In this document: piece by piece, positions 47,693 to 60,200 of the stretch
Numbering within the stretch: position 1 is the stretch's first letter
Layout of the letters: each line of letters begins with the position of its first letter
Origin: Acidobacteriota bacterium
Lineage (GTDB): Bacteria > Acidobacteriota > CAIWXX01
Reading direction: 5' to 3'
DNA: 64,000 nt
Assembly (NCBI GenBank): GCA_040755995.1
Contig: JBFMAF010000016.1
Coordinates: 67,172-131,171 of the forward strand
Notes under the pieces: generated by a model
What the model was told of the DNA's origin: nothing
The model's input: only the letters and a program-made list of their open reading frames with translations
Database searches by the model: none
Position numbers and translations under genes: made by a program

Positions 47693-48466
47693 TTACTGGA
47701 AATCCCTCTTGCGGAAGATGACGATGGACAGCAAGAGCAGGATCGACGCGTATACGAACGAGTAGGCAACGGCCGTCAAGACGAACCCGCTCGGAACCGG
47801 CAGCCCGTGCACAGCGGCCGCCTTCAGATTGAAGTTCTCGAGATTGGGAAGCAGGTAGTACAGGATCCAGAGGGTGGCCTGACTCGTCCTGCTGGTGACC
47901 TTGGCTGCAAGGTCGATGAGCCCGTAGCTGAGGTGGCCGACGAGGTAGAAGCCGAGCGTGAGCAGGAAGCTCAGGATAGGGGTCGAGAACGAGGAGAAGA
48001 GGATCGCGATGGCAACCACGATCAGCATCTCGAAGTAGATGAGGAAGCATGCGCGAAGCACTGGGTAGTTGCCGTGGCCGGTCTTGAGGTAGATCGCCAC
48101 CTGGAGCATCGCCGACATGAGCGCCAGGACGAGCAGAAGCGTCCAGGCCAGCCCCAAGAACTTGCCCGCTATGAATTCGTAGCGATGGATCGGCTTGCTC
48201 ACGATGGTGTAGACCGTCTTGCGTTCGATTTCCTTGTGCACGATGCTGATGCCGATGAACGTCGCCAGGAGGACGCCGAAAACGCTGATCGCGGCGAGCC
48301 CCACGTCTATGATGATCTTGATCTCGGCGCCGACCGTGAGCCATGAGATCACACGCGAAACGACGATCAGCAACAGGCCGAAGAACAGCAGCAGATACAG
48401 AATCTTGTCCCGTATCATCTCGCGGAAGGAGTTCACGGCAATGGCGCGCACCGCGGCTGATCTCAT
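47693..48466 (-). CDS. ABC-2 type permease (myxobacterial PilI-like)
   Basis: NSFREMIRDKILY, EIERKTVYTIVSKPI.R, GKFLG, FRKRDF. Confidence 0.88.
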   Translation of the reverse strand: MRSAAVRAIAVNSFREMIRDKILYLLLFFGLLLIVVSRVISWLTVGAEIKIIIDVGLAAISVFGVLLATFIGISIVHKEIERKTVYTIVSKPIHRYEFIAGKFLGLAWTLLLVLALMSAMLQVAIYLKTGHGNYPVLRACFLIYFEMLIVVAIAILFSSFSTPILSFLLTLGFYLVGHLSYGLIDLAAKVTSRTSQATLWILYYLLPNLENFNLKAAAVHGLPVPSGFVLTAVAYSFVYASILLLLSIVIFRKRDFQ

Positions 48467-49410
48467 GCCGGCCCGGCTCCTTCCATTCCACCGGCGTTCC
48501 CGGCGCCAACCTCCTTCATGAACACATCCTCCAAGGTGCGCCGCACCGGCACCACCGAAACGATCTTTCCTCCACGAGACTGGATCGCGGAAATCGCCCT
48601 GCCAAGGGCGCCCTGATTCTCCACCAGCAGGTAAGTGGTCAGATCCTGCCTGGTCACTATCTTCCCTACGTCGGCCAGCGCAGCATCCTCACAGCCGACC
48701 AGGGAAATCTCGTAGCCGGTGACGTCGCCCGACGTCAGCTCCTGCAGACTTCCCGATTTGCGAAGTTGGCCGTTCACGAGAATGCCCACGCGATTGCAGA
48801 TCATCTCGGCGTCCTGGAGGATGTGCGACGAGAAGAATACTGTCTTCCCGCGATCGCGCAGCCCGAGGATGATATCCCGGAATTCCTTTCGACCGACGGG
48901 ATCCAGGCCGCTCAACGGCTCGTCCAACACGAGGAGGTCAGGATCGCTGATCAACGCCTGCGCAAGTCCGAGGCGCTGGACCATTCCCTTCGAGTACTTG
49001 CGGATGGGAAGCCCCGGGCTGTCGTCGAGCCCCACCATTCGCAAGAGCTCGGGAATCCTTCTGCGCGCGTCCGGTCGAGGAAGGCCGCAGAGGTCCGCGT
49101 AAAACCTCAGAAATTCATCGGCGTTCAGAAACTGATAGAAGTACGGATTTTCGGGCAAGAACCCCAACTTGCTCCTGGCCTGGATCGTCCCAGCCCGCAG
49201 TCCGAAGATCGTCACGACGCCCGACGTTGGCCGAAGGAGTCCGACGATCACCTTCAGGGTCGTCGTCTTTCCTGCGCCGTTTGGACCGAGGAATCCGAAC
49301 ACCTCCCCACGCGCTACCTCGAAGCTCACGTCCTTCAACGCCTGGCGGCGCCGGGGTATGAAACCACTGCGGTAGATCTTCGTCAGGTTCTGTACGACGA
49401 GTGCACTCAT
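48463..49410 (-). CDS. ABC transporter ATP-binding protein (myxobacterial PilH-like)
   Basis: GPNGAGKTT, YSKGMVQR, LDEPLSGLDP, SSHIL. Confidence 0.93.
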   Translation of the reverse strand: MSALVVQNLTKIYRSGFIPRRRQALKDVSFEVARGEVFGFLGPNGAGKTTTLKVIVGLLRPTSGVVTIFGLRAGTIQARSKLGFLPENPYFYQFLNADEFLRFYADLCGLPRPDARRRIPELLRMVGLDDSPGLPIRKYSKGMVQRLGLAQALISDPDLLVLDEPLSGLDPVGRKEFRDIILGLRDRGKTVFFSSHILQDAEMICNRVGILVNGQLRKSGSLQELTSGDVTGYEISLVGCEDAALADVGKIVTRQDLTTYLLVENQGALGRAISAIQSRGGKIVSVVPVRRTLEDVFMKEVGAGNAGGMEGAGPA

Positions 49411-49420
49411 GGCGTCGAGG

Positions 49421-49987
49421 CTATTTGACCTTCATCTCCAACACGCGTTGAGACTCTTCCGCAGGCACCGCCATACCCTCGATCTTCTTCGACACCTTGA
49501 AGGTGCCGACGAGCACCGGTCCGGACGCTCGCGACTGTGCGAAAACCTTCGCGTACACCGACTTGAAGCCGGGATTGTTCTGGAACGCCTGCTTTGAGCT
49601 GGCCCGATACCCATAGTTCGATTTCAAAATCACTGTCTCGCTCAGCTGGCCGCTCCGGAGCGGAGCGGCTCCGATCGAATAGGCGAAAGCATCACCCAAA
49701 TTCTGCGAATCCCCTTCAAGCGCAAAGACGCTGCTGAACTGGAGGTACTGCAGCGGCTCGGCTCTCTTGTTCCGAACCTTGAAACTGATGACCGGGACCA
49801 TGACCACCTCGCCCGGCCGTGACGACTTCTCCGCCCAGTAGCTGTCGAATTCCACGATCTCGACCGCGGCCCGAATCGCCTCGGGCTTCTCGCTTCTGCA
49901 GAACGGGGTCCTCGAAATCAGCACGACGACCACCGCACAAACAGCGATCATGATCCAATAGAAGTATCTGGGCACCTGCATGCTCAT
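49421..49987 (-). CDS. Membrane-anchored hypothetical protein
   Basis: N-terminal TM helix and beta-rich remainder; first gene of the ABC/pilD run. Confidence 0.7.
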   Translation of the reverse strand: MSMQVPRYFYWIMIAVCAVVVVLISRTPFCRSEKPEAIRAAVEIVEFDSYWAEKSSRPGEVVMVPVISFKVRNKRAEPLQYLQFSSVFALEGDSQNLGDAFAYSIGAAPLRSGQLSETVILKSNYGYRASSKQAFQNNPGFKSVYAKVFAQSRASGPVLVGTFKVSKKIEGMAVPAEESQRVLEMKVK

Positions 49988-50426
49988 GACTGCCCCCTCT
50001 GGAGAGCGAACCTCACCGTTGCACCCTCCCGTCTACAGACAACATGTTGTCACCTGCACAGCATCATGCGCTAATATACCTCAGCAACAAGGGCTTTTCC
50101 ATCATCTCGTTGCCGAAACGAAGAGCCATTGCTGACTTCCCGTGGCCGTGGGTCTGCGGCGGGCTGAACGTGAAAAGAAAAAGAAAAAAACAAAAACGAT
50201 GGCATTGACCTCGGCCTTCGAAGTGTGGTATTCGTTCGCCATGATAAGCAGCATGAGGGGGCATTGCTGTGACAGGTTGCTTCTCTGATGTCGCAATCTC
50301 GACGCAGGTCCCGCTATCATGGATTGGTCTGCGCTGTCTGCCGCTTGATTTAGCACCGCGCCACATTCTCCCCCCCCCCACAGTAGGAATTTCCCTCCCG
50401 CGCGAGTCTGGGGAGCTGGGGCTCTC

Positions 50427-51401
50427 ATGAGTGCTCGCCGGGAGTCGTGCCGTGTCCTTCGGCGTCTCGGTGCTGCTGTTGTCGCGGCGGTGTTCCTCGC
50501 GTGCGTAGGTTGCGGCAACACACCGCCATCGGCCACGAACGATCAGGCCACCATCGTGCTGCAAGCGTCGCCGTCGAAGGTGGCTCCGCGGGGGCGTTCC
50601 ACCATCATCGCCACGGGCATCAAGAAGACGGGCAGCGTGATCTGGCCCGGAACTCGCATACAATTCACAACTGATCGCGGCCGCATCGAACCTGCGGAAG
50701 CTGCGTTCGATAGCAACGGGCGTGCTGAGGTGACGTACCTCGCGCCTGACACGATCTGCACAGCGAACATAGACGCCACTTCCGGCAGTGTGGATATCGT
50801 AGCGATCACGATCGAAGTCGGCTCGGCGGTGAGCTCGGTGGTGCTGACTGCCAGCCGCACGTCGCTTCCGGAACCGGGTGGAACCGTCACGCTCCGGGCA
50901 ATGGCTTACGGTGAGAGCAGCAACCCGGTGGCAAGAACGCCGATCGTGTTCACGGCGACAGCCGGGGCGCTGGGTTCCGGCGGGCGACCTGTGCTGACGA
51001 ACGCATCGGGCACAGCCAAGGACCATCTCACGACGACTGCCAGTGCGACCGTTCTAGCGCATGCCGGCTCAGCCGCAAGCACGGAGGTCGAGATCACGGT
51101 CGCAGAGCCGGTGGAAAACGAACCGCCTACCGCCGACTTCGTGTACTCGCCACAGAATCCGGTCACGACGGAGAAAGTGTACTTCAACGGTGATGTCTCC
51201 TCCGATCCAGACGGTCGCATAGTGAGGTGGCAATGGGACCTTGGCGACGGCACTACGGCATCCGGCAAGCGGACGAGCCATTCCTACGTCACCGCGGCAA
51301 CGTATGCGGTCGTCCTCTGTGTCACTGATGACGACGGAGCCCGCGACTGCCAATCGTATGACGTGGTTGTCGCCGAGCCCGCGGCCGCTGCCGCGAGGTA
51401 G
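50427..51401 (+). CDS. Lipoprotein with invasin-type Ig domains and C-terminal PKD domain
   Basis: Lipobox-like LACVGC; FTTDRG.I, TNASGTA; NEPPTADF..SP, SSDPDG.I..WQWDLGDG. Confidence 0.85.
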   Translation: MSARRESCRVLRRLGAAVVAAVFLACVGCGNTPPSATNDQATIVLQASPSKVAPRGRSTIIATGIKKTGSVIWPGTRIQFTTDRGRIEPAEAAFDSNGRAEVTYLAPDTICTANIDATSGSVDIVAITIEVGSAVSSVVLTASRTSLPEPGGTVTLRAMAYGESSNPVARTPIVFTATAGALGSGGRPVLTNASGTAKDHLTTTASATVLAHAGSAASTEVEITVAEPVENEPPTADFVYSPQNPVTTEKVYFNGDVSSDPDGRIVRWQWDLGDGTTASGKRTSHSYVTAATYAVVLCVTDDDGARDCQSYDVVVAEPAAAAAR

Positions 51402-51404
51402 ACC

Positions 51405-51887
51405 ATGGATCGCACCTCCAGGCTCATCGTTTTGCTCGCGCTGCTGGCTGCGGTGATCGCGATGGCCTTCTCGCAGAATCGTGCCTCAGTCCACCTTACT
51501 CAGAGGGCGCGCACGCCGCCGAGGTATGTCCCGATGAAGTCGGTGCCGGTGGTGCGAGGCTTCCCCGAAACACCGGCTAATCCTCCCGACAGGTGTGCCT
51601 CGCATCGCAACCCCTTCAAGTACGCCGATGAACCTGAGACGCCACCGTACGTTCCGCCTCCTCCGCCACCGCCCCCACCGGATATCAAACCCGAGAGCCG
51701 GTTCCTCGGGACGATCTACATGGGAGAGCCGTTTGCCCTATTCAGTCTCAAGAACGAAGTGACGCCGTTGCGGCAGGGCGAGGTTCTCGAGGAGAAGTAC
51801 ACGATCACGCAGATCGACTCCGAGTCGGTCCTCCTTGAAGACACGCGGTACATGCACACGGCGATGCTTTCGCTGGGCAAGAGCTGA
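51405..51887 (+). CDS. PilP/GspC-like accessory protein
   Basis: TM helix, RNPF.Y, poly-Pro linker, FLGTI...ALF...GEVL...Y.IT.I; directly upstream of the secretin. Confidence 0.6.
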   Translation: MDRTSRLIVLLALLAAVIAMAFSQNRASVHLTQRARTPPRYVPMKSVPVVRGFPETPANPPDRCASHRNPFKYADEPETPPYVPPPPPPPPPDIKPESRFLGTIYMGEPFALFSLKNEVTPLRQGEVLEEKYTITQIDSESVLLEDTRYMHTAMLSLGKS

Positions 51888-51888
51888 C

Positions 51889-54123
51889 ATGGGCACCAAT
51901 CACGCGGAGAAGATCAGGCATCGCGGGCGCTGCGTATCCCTCACTGCCTCTCTCTTGACGTTGGCGCTCCTTCTCCCGTCGTGCGCCGCCAATCGGGCAT
52001 ACAAGGCCGGGCTGCGGGCGGAGCGAGCCGAGCGCTATGCCGACGCGATCCGGCACTATTCCGAGGCCGCCGCGCGCAAACCAGACGAACCCAGGTACCG
52101 GATGGCGCTTTCGAATGCGCTGATGCGGAGCGGAGAGGCTCATATGGAGCGGGGCGAGGCGTTAGAGCGCGGCGGCGAGCTCGAACTGGCCTATCGCGAG
52201 TACGACATGGCGTGGCAGGAGACTCTGCTCGACCACGCGTTGCTCAAGCGCGACATCCTGCGCAAGCGCCTGCTGGCGCAGGCCGAAGGGCCGGGCCGCC
52301 CCAAGGAGCCGCCGATCCAGTCGCCGCTCGATGCTCTTCCGGCTCGGCCCATCACCCTCAAGATGGCCGACTGCGAGCTCACCGAGGTCTTCTCGAGCAT
52401 CGAGAAGCTGACAGGAATACTGTTCATCTATGACGACACGTTCAAGTCTCGGAAGGTCACGGTGAACATGCAGCAGCTGACATTTCGTGATGCGCTCGAC
52501 CGGCTCATGCTAATGAACCACCTGTTCTACCGGCCGATCGACTCGAAAACGGTCCTGATCGCGCCTGAGAACAAGCGAGAGGAGTACGAGGAGCTGCTGC
52601 TGAAGACATTCTTCCTGCACAACTCCGATCCTGCGAAGGTGGCTGCCAACATCAGATCGATCCTCGAGCCGAAGAAGATGATGGTGAACCAGGAGCTCAA
52701 AGCAATCACGATCAAGGACAGCGCGGAGAGGCTGGAGCTTGCGCGGCGGCTGATCGAGAAGGAGGACATGCGGCGGGCTGAGGTTGTGGTGGACATGGAG
52801 ATTCTGGAGTTCAACAGGGCGAAACTGCAACTTTACGGACTCGACTTGAGCTCATATGCCGTGGGTGCGGCTGTCGCTCTGGAGCCGCAGACGACGTTTC
52901 CGTCGGGGAGCCTCATCCGCGGGCACATGCTGGGCAACATCGAGCTCTCTGACATTCTGTTCTCCGTGCCGTCAGTGGTCTACCGGCTGCTTCGAACCGA
53001 TACTCGGACGCGGCTGATCGCGAAGCCGCAGGTGCGGTGCGCCGAGGGCGAGACGGCGGTGGTGAAGGTGGGGGAAAGGGTCGGAATAGCTCAGACCGTC
53101 TTCGTGCCTGTCGCCGGTGGCGGTGTCAACAACCAGCCGATCACGTCCTTCGTCATGACCGACGTGGGCCTCACGATCGAGCTGACGCCGACCGCCTATT
53201 ACAACGAAGAGGTGGCGTTGAAGCTGAAGTTCGACCTGACGAACATCATCAGAGAAGGCACCGTCACGCAGCCTCCGACACTCGGCAACCGCTCGGTCAC
53301 CTCCACCATCAGACTCAAGGACGGCGAGACGACGCTGATCGCGGGATTGATCCGAGACGAAGAGCGGAAGAGCCGGAGCGGTCTGCCGGGCGTCTCACAG
53401 ATCCCGGTTCTGGGGCATCTCTTCGCATCGAACCAAGATGGCAACGCACGAACGGACATACTGGTGACACTGACGCCGCACATAGTACGAATGGCTCAGG
53501 TAACTGAGGAGGAACGGCGGGGGGTGTGGGTGGGCACTGAGAAGACGCTTCGCATTTCCGACGAGCCGCCCCCGTTTGCCGAAGTCGACAAGTCTCAGTC
53601 GCCGCTCGTGGATGAAACCCAGCCAGGGGCGCCGCCGGCACAGCCTCGCCCTCCTGAAGGACCACCGTCCGCTCTGGACAAGCCTCCGAGCGCACCGCCT
53701 GAGAAACCGCGAACCGAGAACCGGGAACCAGGAACGATCCTGTTCGATCCGATGGAAGTGGTGGTGCCATTGGGCGAGGAGTTCTCGATGCAGATCAGGG
53801 GGCAGTCTCTCGAGCCGCTTGCTCGCTGCTCCTTCACAGTCGTCTTCGACCAGGCGCTTCTCACAGTGGTGAGAATCGAGCCTGGCGAGAGAGTGGCGGG
53901 CAACTTGAAGGCCGAGATCGCCCAAGGCGCTGCGCGGATCAGCTTCGTCTCAGGGAAGGACTTCGATGGGAACGTGTGCAACGTTGTGTTCACCAGCAAG
54001 GCGCCGGGGCCGGCACAGTTGCTTATTGACGGCTCGATCCTGACCAACGCGTCAGGCGCGTCATCGAAGCTGTCCTTTGTGCCCGCCTCAGTGCACATAG
54101 CAGGCGAGCGGGGCTCGATATGA
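51889..54123 (+). CDS. Secretin (GspD-like) with N-terminal TPR and C-terminal cohesin-like domain
   Basis: Lipobox LPSC, EVVVDMEILE, LIAKPQVR, DVGLTIELTP, RLKDGETTLIAGLI, PGVSQIPVLGHLF, LTPHIVR. Confidence 0.9.
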   Translation: MGTNHAEKIRHRGRCVSLTASLLTLALLLPSCAANRAYKAGLRAERAERYADAIRHYSEAAARKPDEPRYRMALSNALMRSGEAHMERGEALERGGELELAYREYDMAWQETLLDHALLKRDILRKRLLAQAEGPGRPKEPPIQSPLDALPARPITLKMADCELTEVFSSIEKLTGILFIYDDTFKSRKVTVNMQQLTFRDALDRLMLMNHLFYRPIDSKTVLIAPENKREEYEELLLKTFFLHNSDPAKVAANIRSILEPKKMMVNQELKAITIKDSAERLELARRLIEKEDMRRAEVVVDMEILEFNRAKLQLYGLDLSSYAVGAAVALEPQTTFPSGSLIRGHMLGNIELSDILFSVPSVVYRLLRTDTRTRLIAKPQVRCAEGETAVVKVGERVGIAQTVFVPVAGGGVNNQPITSFVMTDVGLTIELTPTAYYNEEVALKLKFDLTNIIREGTVTQPPTLGNRSVTSTIRLKDGETTLIAGLIRDEERKSRSGLPGVSQIPVLGHLFASNQDGNARTDILVTLTPHIVRMAQVTEEERRGVWVGTEKTLRISDEPPPFAEVDKSQSPLVDETQPGAPPAQPRPPEGPPSALDKPPSAPPEKPRTENREPGTILFDPMEVVVPLGEEFSMQIRGQSLEPLARCSFTVVFDQALLTVVRIEPGERVAGNLKAEIAQGAARISFVSGKDFDGNVCNVVFTSKAPGPAQLLIDGSILTNASGASSKLSFVPASVHIAGERGSI

Positions 54124-54273
54124 TTCGCAAGTCTCAGGGCACGGGAGTGCAGTGCCGCGAGGATCTCCTTTTGATAGGCCAAGGTTTCTTGATTCTCATG
54201 ACACGCATATGAACCAGAGGGCGCATTCAGAAAGGGCGAGAAGGAGGGCGTGATGGTTGACAGGTTTCGCTGA

Positions 54274-57200
54274 TTGAGTCTTGGGGCGAAGTTCGGAATC
54301 ATGGTGGTGACGTTGGCCGCGCTTGCGGGGTCATTGTACGGAGGACGGCTGTTTCTGCTTCAGCCCTCACAGACTCCGCCGAGCGCACTCAAAGGCGGGC
54401 CGCCCCAGTCGGTCCAAATCATGAGCGCCGCTTGGGTACCGCTTTGGTTCTCCGAGAGCACGACCTTCACGGCGGAGGTAGTCGCGCGTGCGCCGCATGG
54501 CATGTTCGTAGTCCACGGGACTCTACGCATAACGGACGGAGCGGGAAACCTCGTGCGCTCCTGGGCCGAGATCAAGAAAGTCAAGACTGATACCGGAGAG
54601 GAGACACTTGTATTCAGCTGGACCTTTGATGGAAGAGACGGTCTTGGCCAGCCTGTGCCAGACGGCGCCTATGGCGCGGCCTTCGAGGTCCAATTCAGAG
54701 GACAAAGAGCGACGTGGAGCGGGGTGGTCGGGCTAGATCGGCTGCCGCCCACTGTGGCAATTGACCAACCCGAAGAAGGCCAGCTGACGGGAGCCTCAGT
54801 CGAGGTCCGTGCAACGTGGGCGGACCCGCTCAGCGGGATAGATCCGACCACAGGGAGCGTGACTCTCGACGGCGCGCCTGTCAATGGACTCCAGATCGAT
54901 GCGAGTGGAACTCGCGGGACGATCGAGGACATCGCCGGCGGGCAGCATACGCTCGTAGTGTCGGTGGCGGACTACGCCGGAAACGCGGTCAGTGCGTCCA
55001 GGGAGTTCGTGACGGATCGCACGCCGCCTGCAATCACCATCCAGCAGCCCCGAGGGCAGATCAACGGGCCGTCTGTGCCGGTTGAGGTCGTGTGGTCAGA
55101 TGACGGCGGAGCCGGAATCGACTCCAGCAGCGGAGAGATATCGCTCGACGGCTCGCCGACCTCCGGGCTCACCATCGATGAGCAGGGCGCGAGAGGGACG
55201 CTCGATGTTTCTCCAGGCGCGCACTCGCTGAGCGCTTCAGTAAGCGACGAGGTCGGCAATGAGGCCAGTGCGATGAGCGATTTCGAAGTGACAAGCGGGC
55301 AGCCCGGCGTGCAGAACACGAGCATCGTCGGGACAGTAGCCGACTCGACTGGCGCGTCACTCTCCGGTGTCGAAGTGTCGAGTCCCGGCGCGAGTCAATC
55401 GGTGACCACCGACGCCGATGGCCGCTTCCTGATCGAGATGACATCCGGCGGCGGCACACACTGGCTGACATTCGAGAAGGAAGGCTACATCCCCGTGCAG
55501 CGCCCCGCCACGGTGCCCGAAGGCCAGCACTTCCACCTAGGGCAGGTGCATATGGTTGCCGAGGATTCCAACGTCACGACGATCGGCCCAGGAGGCGGGA
55601 CTGCGACAGATTCGAGCGGCGACGTGGAACTGGTCGTGCCGCCGGGGGCACTCTCGGAGCCTGTAGACATACGCCTGACGCACATTCCTACATCGAAGGA
55701 ACTGCCGGGGCCGCTCAACGCCTCTGAGAATGTGCAGTTTCCCATAAGCTATACGTTCTGTGTCTATCTCGAGCCGTATGGCACGGCGTTTTCCCAGGCA
55801 ACAACGCTGCGCTATCCGAACCGATGGGGTTTCGCTGCCGGCCATCGGGTCCCTACCGCGTTCTGGGACGAATCAGCAAGCAAGTGGATACCCGACGGCG
55901 GCCAGATGATCGTCTCACAGAACGGCGCCACGATCGAGAAGCAGATCTCGGCGTTCTCGCTGCCGGGGCAGCGCAGGGCCTTGCAACGGACGGCCAGCGG
56001 CATCGAACAGCAGCAGGTGCCCCAGACCCAGAAGGGTGTCGGACTTGACGGTAATCACAGTCCGACGGACGATGGAAGCACGCCTCAGACGGCTCCAGAT
56101 ACCCAGGATCCTCCTTGTAAGACGGCACCCACACCGTCCCGATCGAGCATGAGGATATTCGACTCCTCGTTCAGCAAGTCCTTCGCACTTCCAGCCATGA
56201 GCGAGGGCGGAGCCAACGTGGCTCTGTCATTCCAGTACCACAGCGCGACCGCGTTGCCAGGTCGATTCGTCAACATACTGAACTCGTTCGGTACCAATGC
56301 CGGCCAGATGGTTGACTGGAGCTACTCGATTGAGGTGAACGGCAGCCGCAAGGACCTGGTGTTTTCGCCACCGAGCGGTCCAAGTCGACTTCTCTATTTC
56401 TGGGATGGCCGCAATGGGCGAGGGGATCTCTCGCCAACCGCGTTGTATCAGTACACTTCCTCGATATGCGCGCGTTACCCGGGCTATTTCGCCAATCAAG
56501 CCGCCTGGGGAGGCACTCCTACTGGCGTCACCTCTGGAAGGATGGATGAGCCCGCAGAGAGAAGGATAACCCTGGAGCAGCCCATCTCGCTCGTCAATTC
56601 GGCGACCAGCCCCTATGGCGCCGGCTGGGACCTGGCAGGACTGCGCCGGCTCCACCTGCAGCCGGATGGCAAGGTGATGATGGTAGAGGGTGGCTCAGCG
56701 ACTGGTATCTACTGGCCGCGCCTCAATTTCGCGCTGATCTCAGAGGGGGCTTCCATTGCCGACGTCAGGAGCGTGGGGAGCGAAGGCGACCCACGGAACA
56801 TGCTCGGATACCATGGCGCCGGGGCGCGGACGGAGGGCCAGTTGTCGGATCTAGAGTACCAGGATGCATTCGAGTTCGGCGCGATCGCTGGTTCGGAACG
56901 GGACTGGGTAGTGGTGGACTTGGGCCAGGAGCGACTCGTGCACACACTTGGGATCTCTTTCATGGTTCCGGACATCTCAGACGGCCTGGTGACTGAGCCG
57001 CTCGTGAGGATCTACACATCGCTGGACAACGTCAACTGGACCTCCCGGTCGAACGCCTACTACCAGACGCTCAACGGCACGACCGCCGTGAGACTGAGCA
57101 GTCCATACCTCGCGCGCAGCTCGGCACCGGAGAACGTGCGCTACGTCCGCTTCGAGATCGAGTCTCCAATGGCATTCGGCATTGATTCGCACTCCTTCAT

Positions 57201-60200
57201 CTACCGGCTGTTCGCATTCGGCGACTCCGAGAGATACGGCACGGGCCCATACGGGCAGGACGAGCAGTACCCACGACTGCGACGTCTGCAGCAGGGTGAA
57301 TTCGAACAGACGGAGCGCGACGGGACGGTGTGGCTCTATTCAGCCGATGGTTTCCTGCGGTCTGTCACGGATATCCACGGCAACGCCACGGTATACGGGT
57401 GGACCGATGGGCTCCTGACGCAGATTACCCACCCTGCAGGTGGGATTACTGCGCTCAACTACGACGGGGGCAAGCTGGTGAGCGTGACCGATCCGGCCGG
57501 ACGCGTTACCCGCTTCACCGTGTCCGGGCAGGGCGACCTGGCGTCCGTGCAGATGCCGGATGATTCCACCGTCCAATTCGCTTACGACGCGCGGCATCTG
57601 CTGAGCTCTGTCACCGATCCGCGTGGCCAAGCGACGACCTACACATGGAACGAGTCATATCCGCGATTGGAGAAGATACGCGCGCCGACCGGTGGTGAGA
57701 TCATCTACCACTCGGGCTACTTCGACCATCTTATCAATCTCACTGAAGGCACTGAGCATGCCCCTGCCCCTGCACCCTCGATACAACTCGAGAGCACGGC
57801 CAACGACGAGCTCGGACGGACGTACAGCTACAAGTGGGAGGCCTATGAGAGCGTCTACCCGTACAAGCGTATCTATGCCCGCACAGTTGTGGATCCTGCC
57901 GGGCGGCAGACTGTCCGCTACATGCACCCGCGGATGGAGGACGTGGAGTCGTTGCGCGTCGACCCGGACGGCTCGAGAATCAGGAACACCCGCGATCCCG
58001 ACGAGGGCCTGTATGTGGTGAAGGTCGAGGACATGAGCGAGACGGTGTTGCGCACGAAGGCTGAGTTCACATATGAGCCGACCTTCAAACGACTTGCATC
58101 GAGCACCGACCTGGGCGGGCACACCACAACCTACCTCTACAACCAGAAAGGGGACCTCATCTCCACCACCGATCCGGCGGGCCACGTGACGCAGATGACC
58201 TACGACTCCAATGGAATGCTGCTTACGGTCACCGATGCGGAGAATGCCGTGACGCGATACGAGTACGACGCCCGTGGAAATCGTATCAAAGTTATTGATC
58301 CGCTCGGACGCGAGACCGTGATGACGTACGACATCGCTGGCAACATGACATCCTTGACCGATCCGGAGGGCCATGTGACGCGCTGGGAATACGACAGCGT
58401 AGGGAGAGTGACAAAGGTGATCGATCCGGCCGGCGGGGAGACTCGGTACGCATACGAGCCCGCTGGATGCGCGAGCGGCTGCGGAGGGAGCGGTGGGCTG
58501 CTCACCTCGATAACGGATCCCTCTGGCCGGACGACGACGTTTGAGTACGACTCAGACGCGCGGATGACCGCGGTGGTCAACCCACTCGGAGTCCGCAAAG
58601 AGTACACCTATGATCTCGGCGGTCGTCTCATCAAGTTCAAGAACGGCCGCGGCCAGGAGATTCTGTACCAGTATGACGCCAGCAACAACCTGGTGAAGAG
58701 GACCCTGCCTGAGGAGGGCGATGTCGACTATACTTATGACATTGACGACCGGGTGACGAGCGTGGCCGATGCGGATTCGATTCTACGCTACGGATACGCA
58801 CCGTATACTGGGTTCCAGAATGTGCTGCCCGGTCACCAGGCGACAGGGCTCAAAGGGATGAAGATGTACGAGATGGCCGGTGTGAAAGGCGATCCTCGCT
58901 ATCAGAACCAGATGTCCGCCTATCAGATCTACAACTACAACACGTACGTCGGAGGGGTCAACACTTACGAGCTGCTCGGGCAGATCAGGATGTTTGTGGA
59001 CATGCCTGATGGGACAACGAAGGAGATCAGCCAGTCCTTCGACAGCTACGACCTTGGACACCGGCTGGCACACATGTGGGCAAGCGGTGTGGAGGTCACG
59101 TTGAGCTACGACCGAGTCGGACGGCGTACGAGAATGACCGCGCGGCCGTATCACTGGGGTTCGAGCCTTTCGACGGATTATGACTACGACGCCGGTGGCC
59201 AGCTTCTGAGTCTGCAGAATCTGGGTCCACTGGGCGGCACCGGCGGGATCTGGCAGACGGACTTCGCGTATTCTTATGATGCCGCAGGGAATCGCACGTC
59301 CATGACCGATCCTGCCGGGACGCACAGCTTCGGGTACGACGATCGCTATCAGCTGACCAGTGCCACGCACCCGACGATCCCGCCCGAGGCCTTTGGCTAC
59401 GATCCTGTGGGCAACCGTACCACCTCGCACATCTCCCCCTCGTACACCTACAACAGCGCGAACCAGCTCCTTGACGACGCGGAATTTAGCTACACGTATG
59501 ACCTCGACGGAAACTGCGTGCGGAAAGTGAGCAAGCTCGACGGGACGCGTCACGAGTACATTTTCAACTCCGAGAACCGGATGACGGGCTACCGAAAGTA
59601 CGACATCAGTAGTAACCTGATCACCTCGGCCAATTACTACTACGACCCTGCCGGTCGGCGCATCGCCAAGGAGGTGAACGGCCAACGGCGTAGGTACGTG
59701 TACCAGGAAGAAGATGTATGGCTCGTTGAGCGCGAGGATGTGCCCCAGTACTACTGGGTCAATGTGCACGCGCCGGGGATCGATGATCCGCTCTTCTTCT
59801 ATCTTCAGTATCTGCCAAGCTGGGACTGGGGTCCGCCATTCGGAGGCGGCGGACGCGGCCTGTGGACATACTACCTCGTGAAGGACGGCCTGGGCACAGT
59901 CCGCGAGCTCCGCAACTACTGGACCGGCAGCGGTCAGGTGACCACCGCCCTCACCTATGACTCCTTCGGCCAGATCCTCTCGCCCACCAACCCCACCGAC
60001 CAAACCTACGCTTTCACGGGCCGGGAATTCGACGCCGAATCGAACTCGTTTTTCTTGAGAGCCCGCAGCTACGAGCCGAGGACGGGGAGGTTCACGGCGG
60101 AGGATCCGTTGGGCCACATTCCGCGTGTGCCTCTAACATCGTTCTACGCGTATTCGCTTAATAGGCCGGTCACCTTCGCGGATCCTCTTGGATGGACTGC

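Noticed and set aside
50170..50379. A-rich tract and C10 run as a phase-variable promoter
   Set aside because: I could not place -35/-10 or sigma54 boxes around them convincingly.
58783..60117. 444-aa minus-strand ORF
   Set aside because: Antisense shadow of the Rhs YD repeats.
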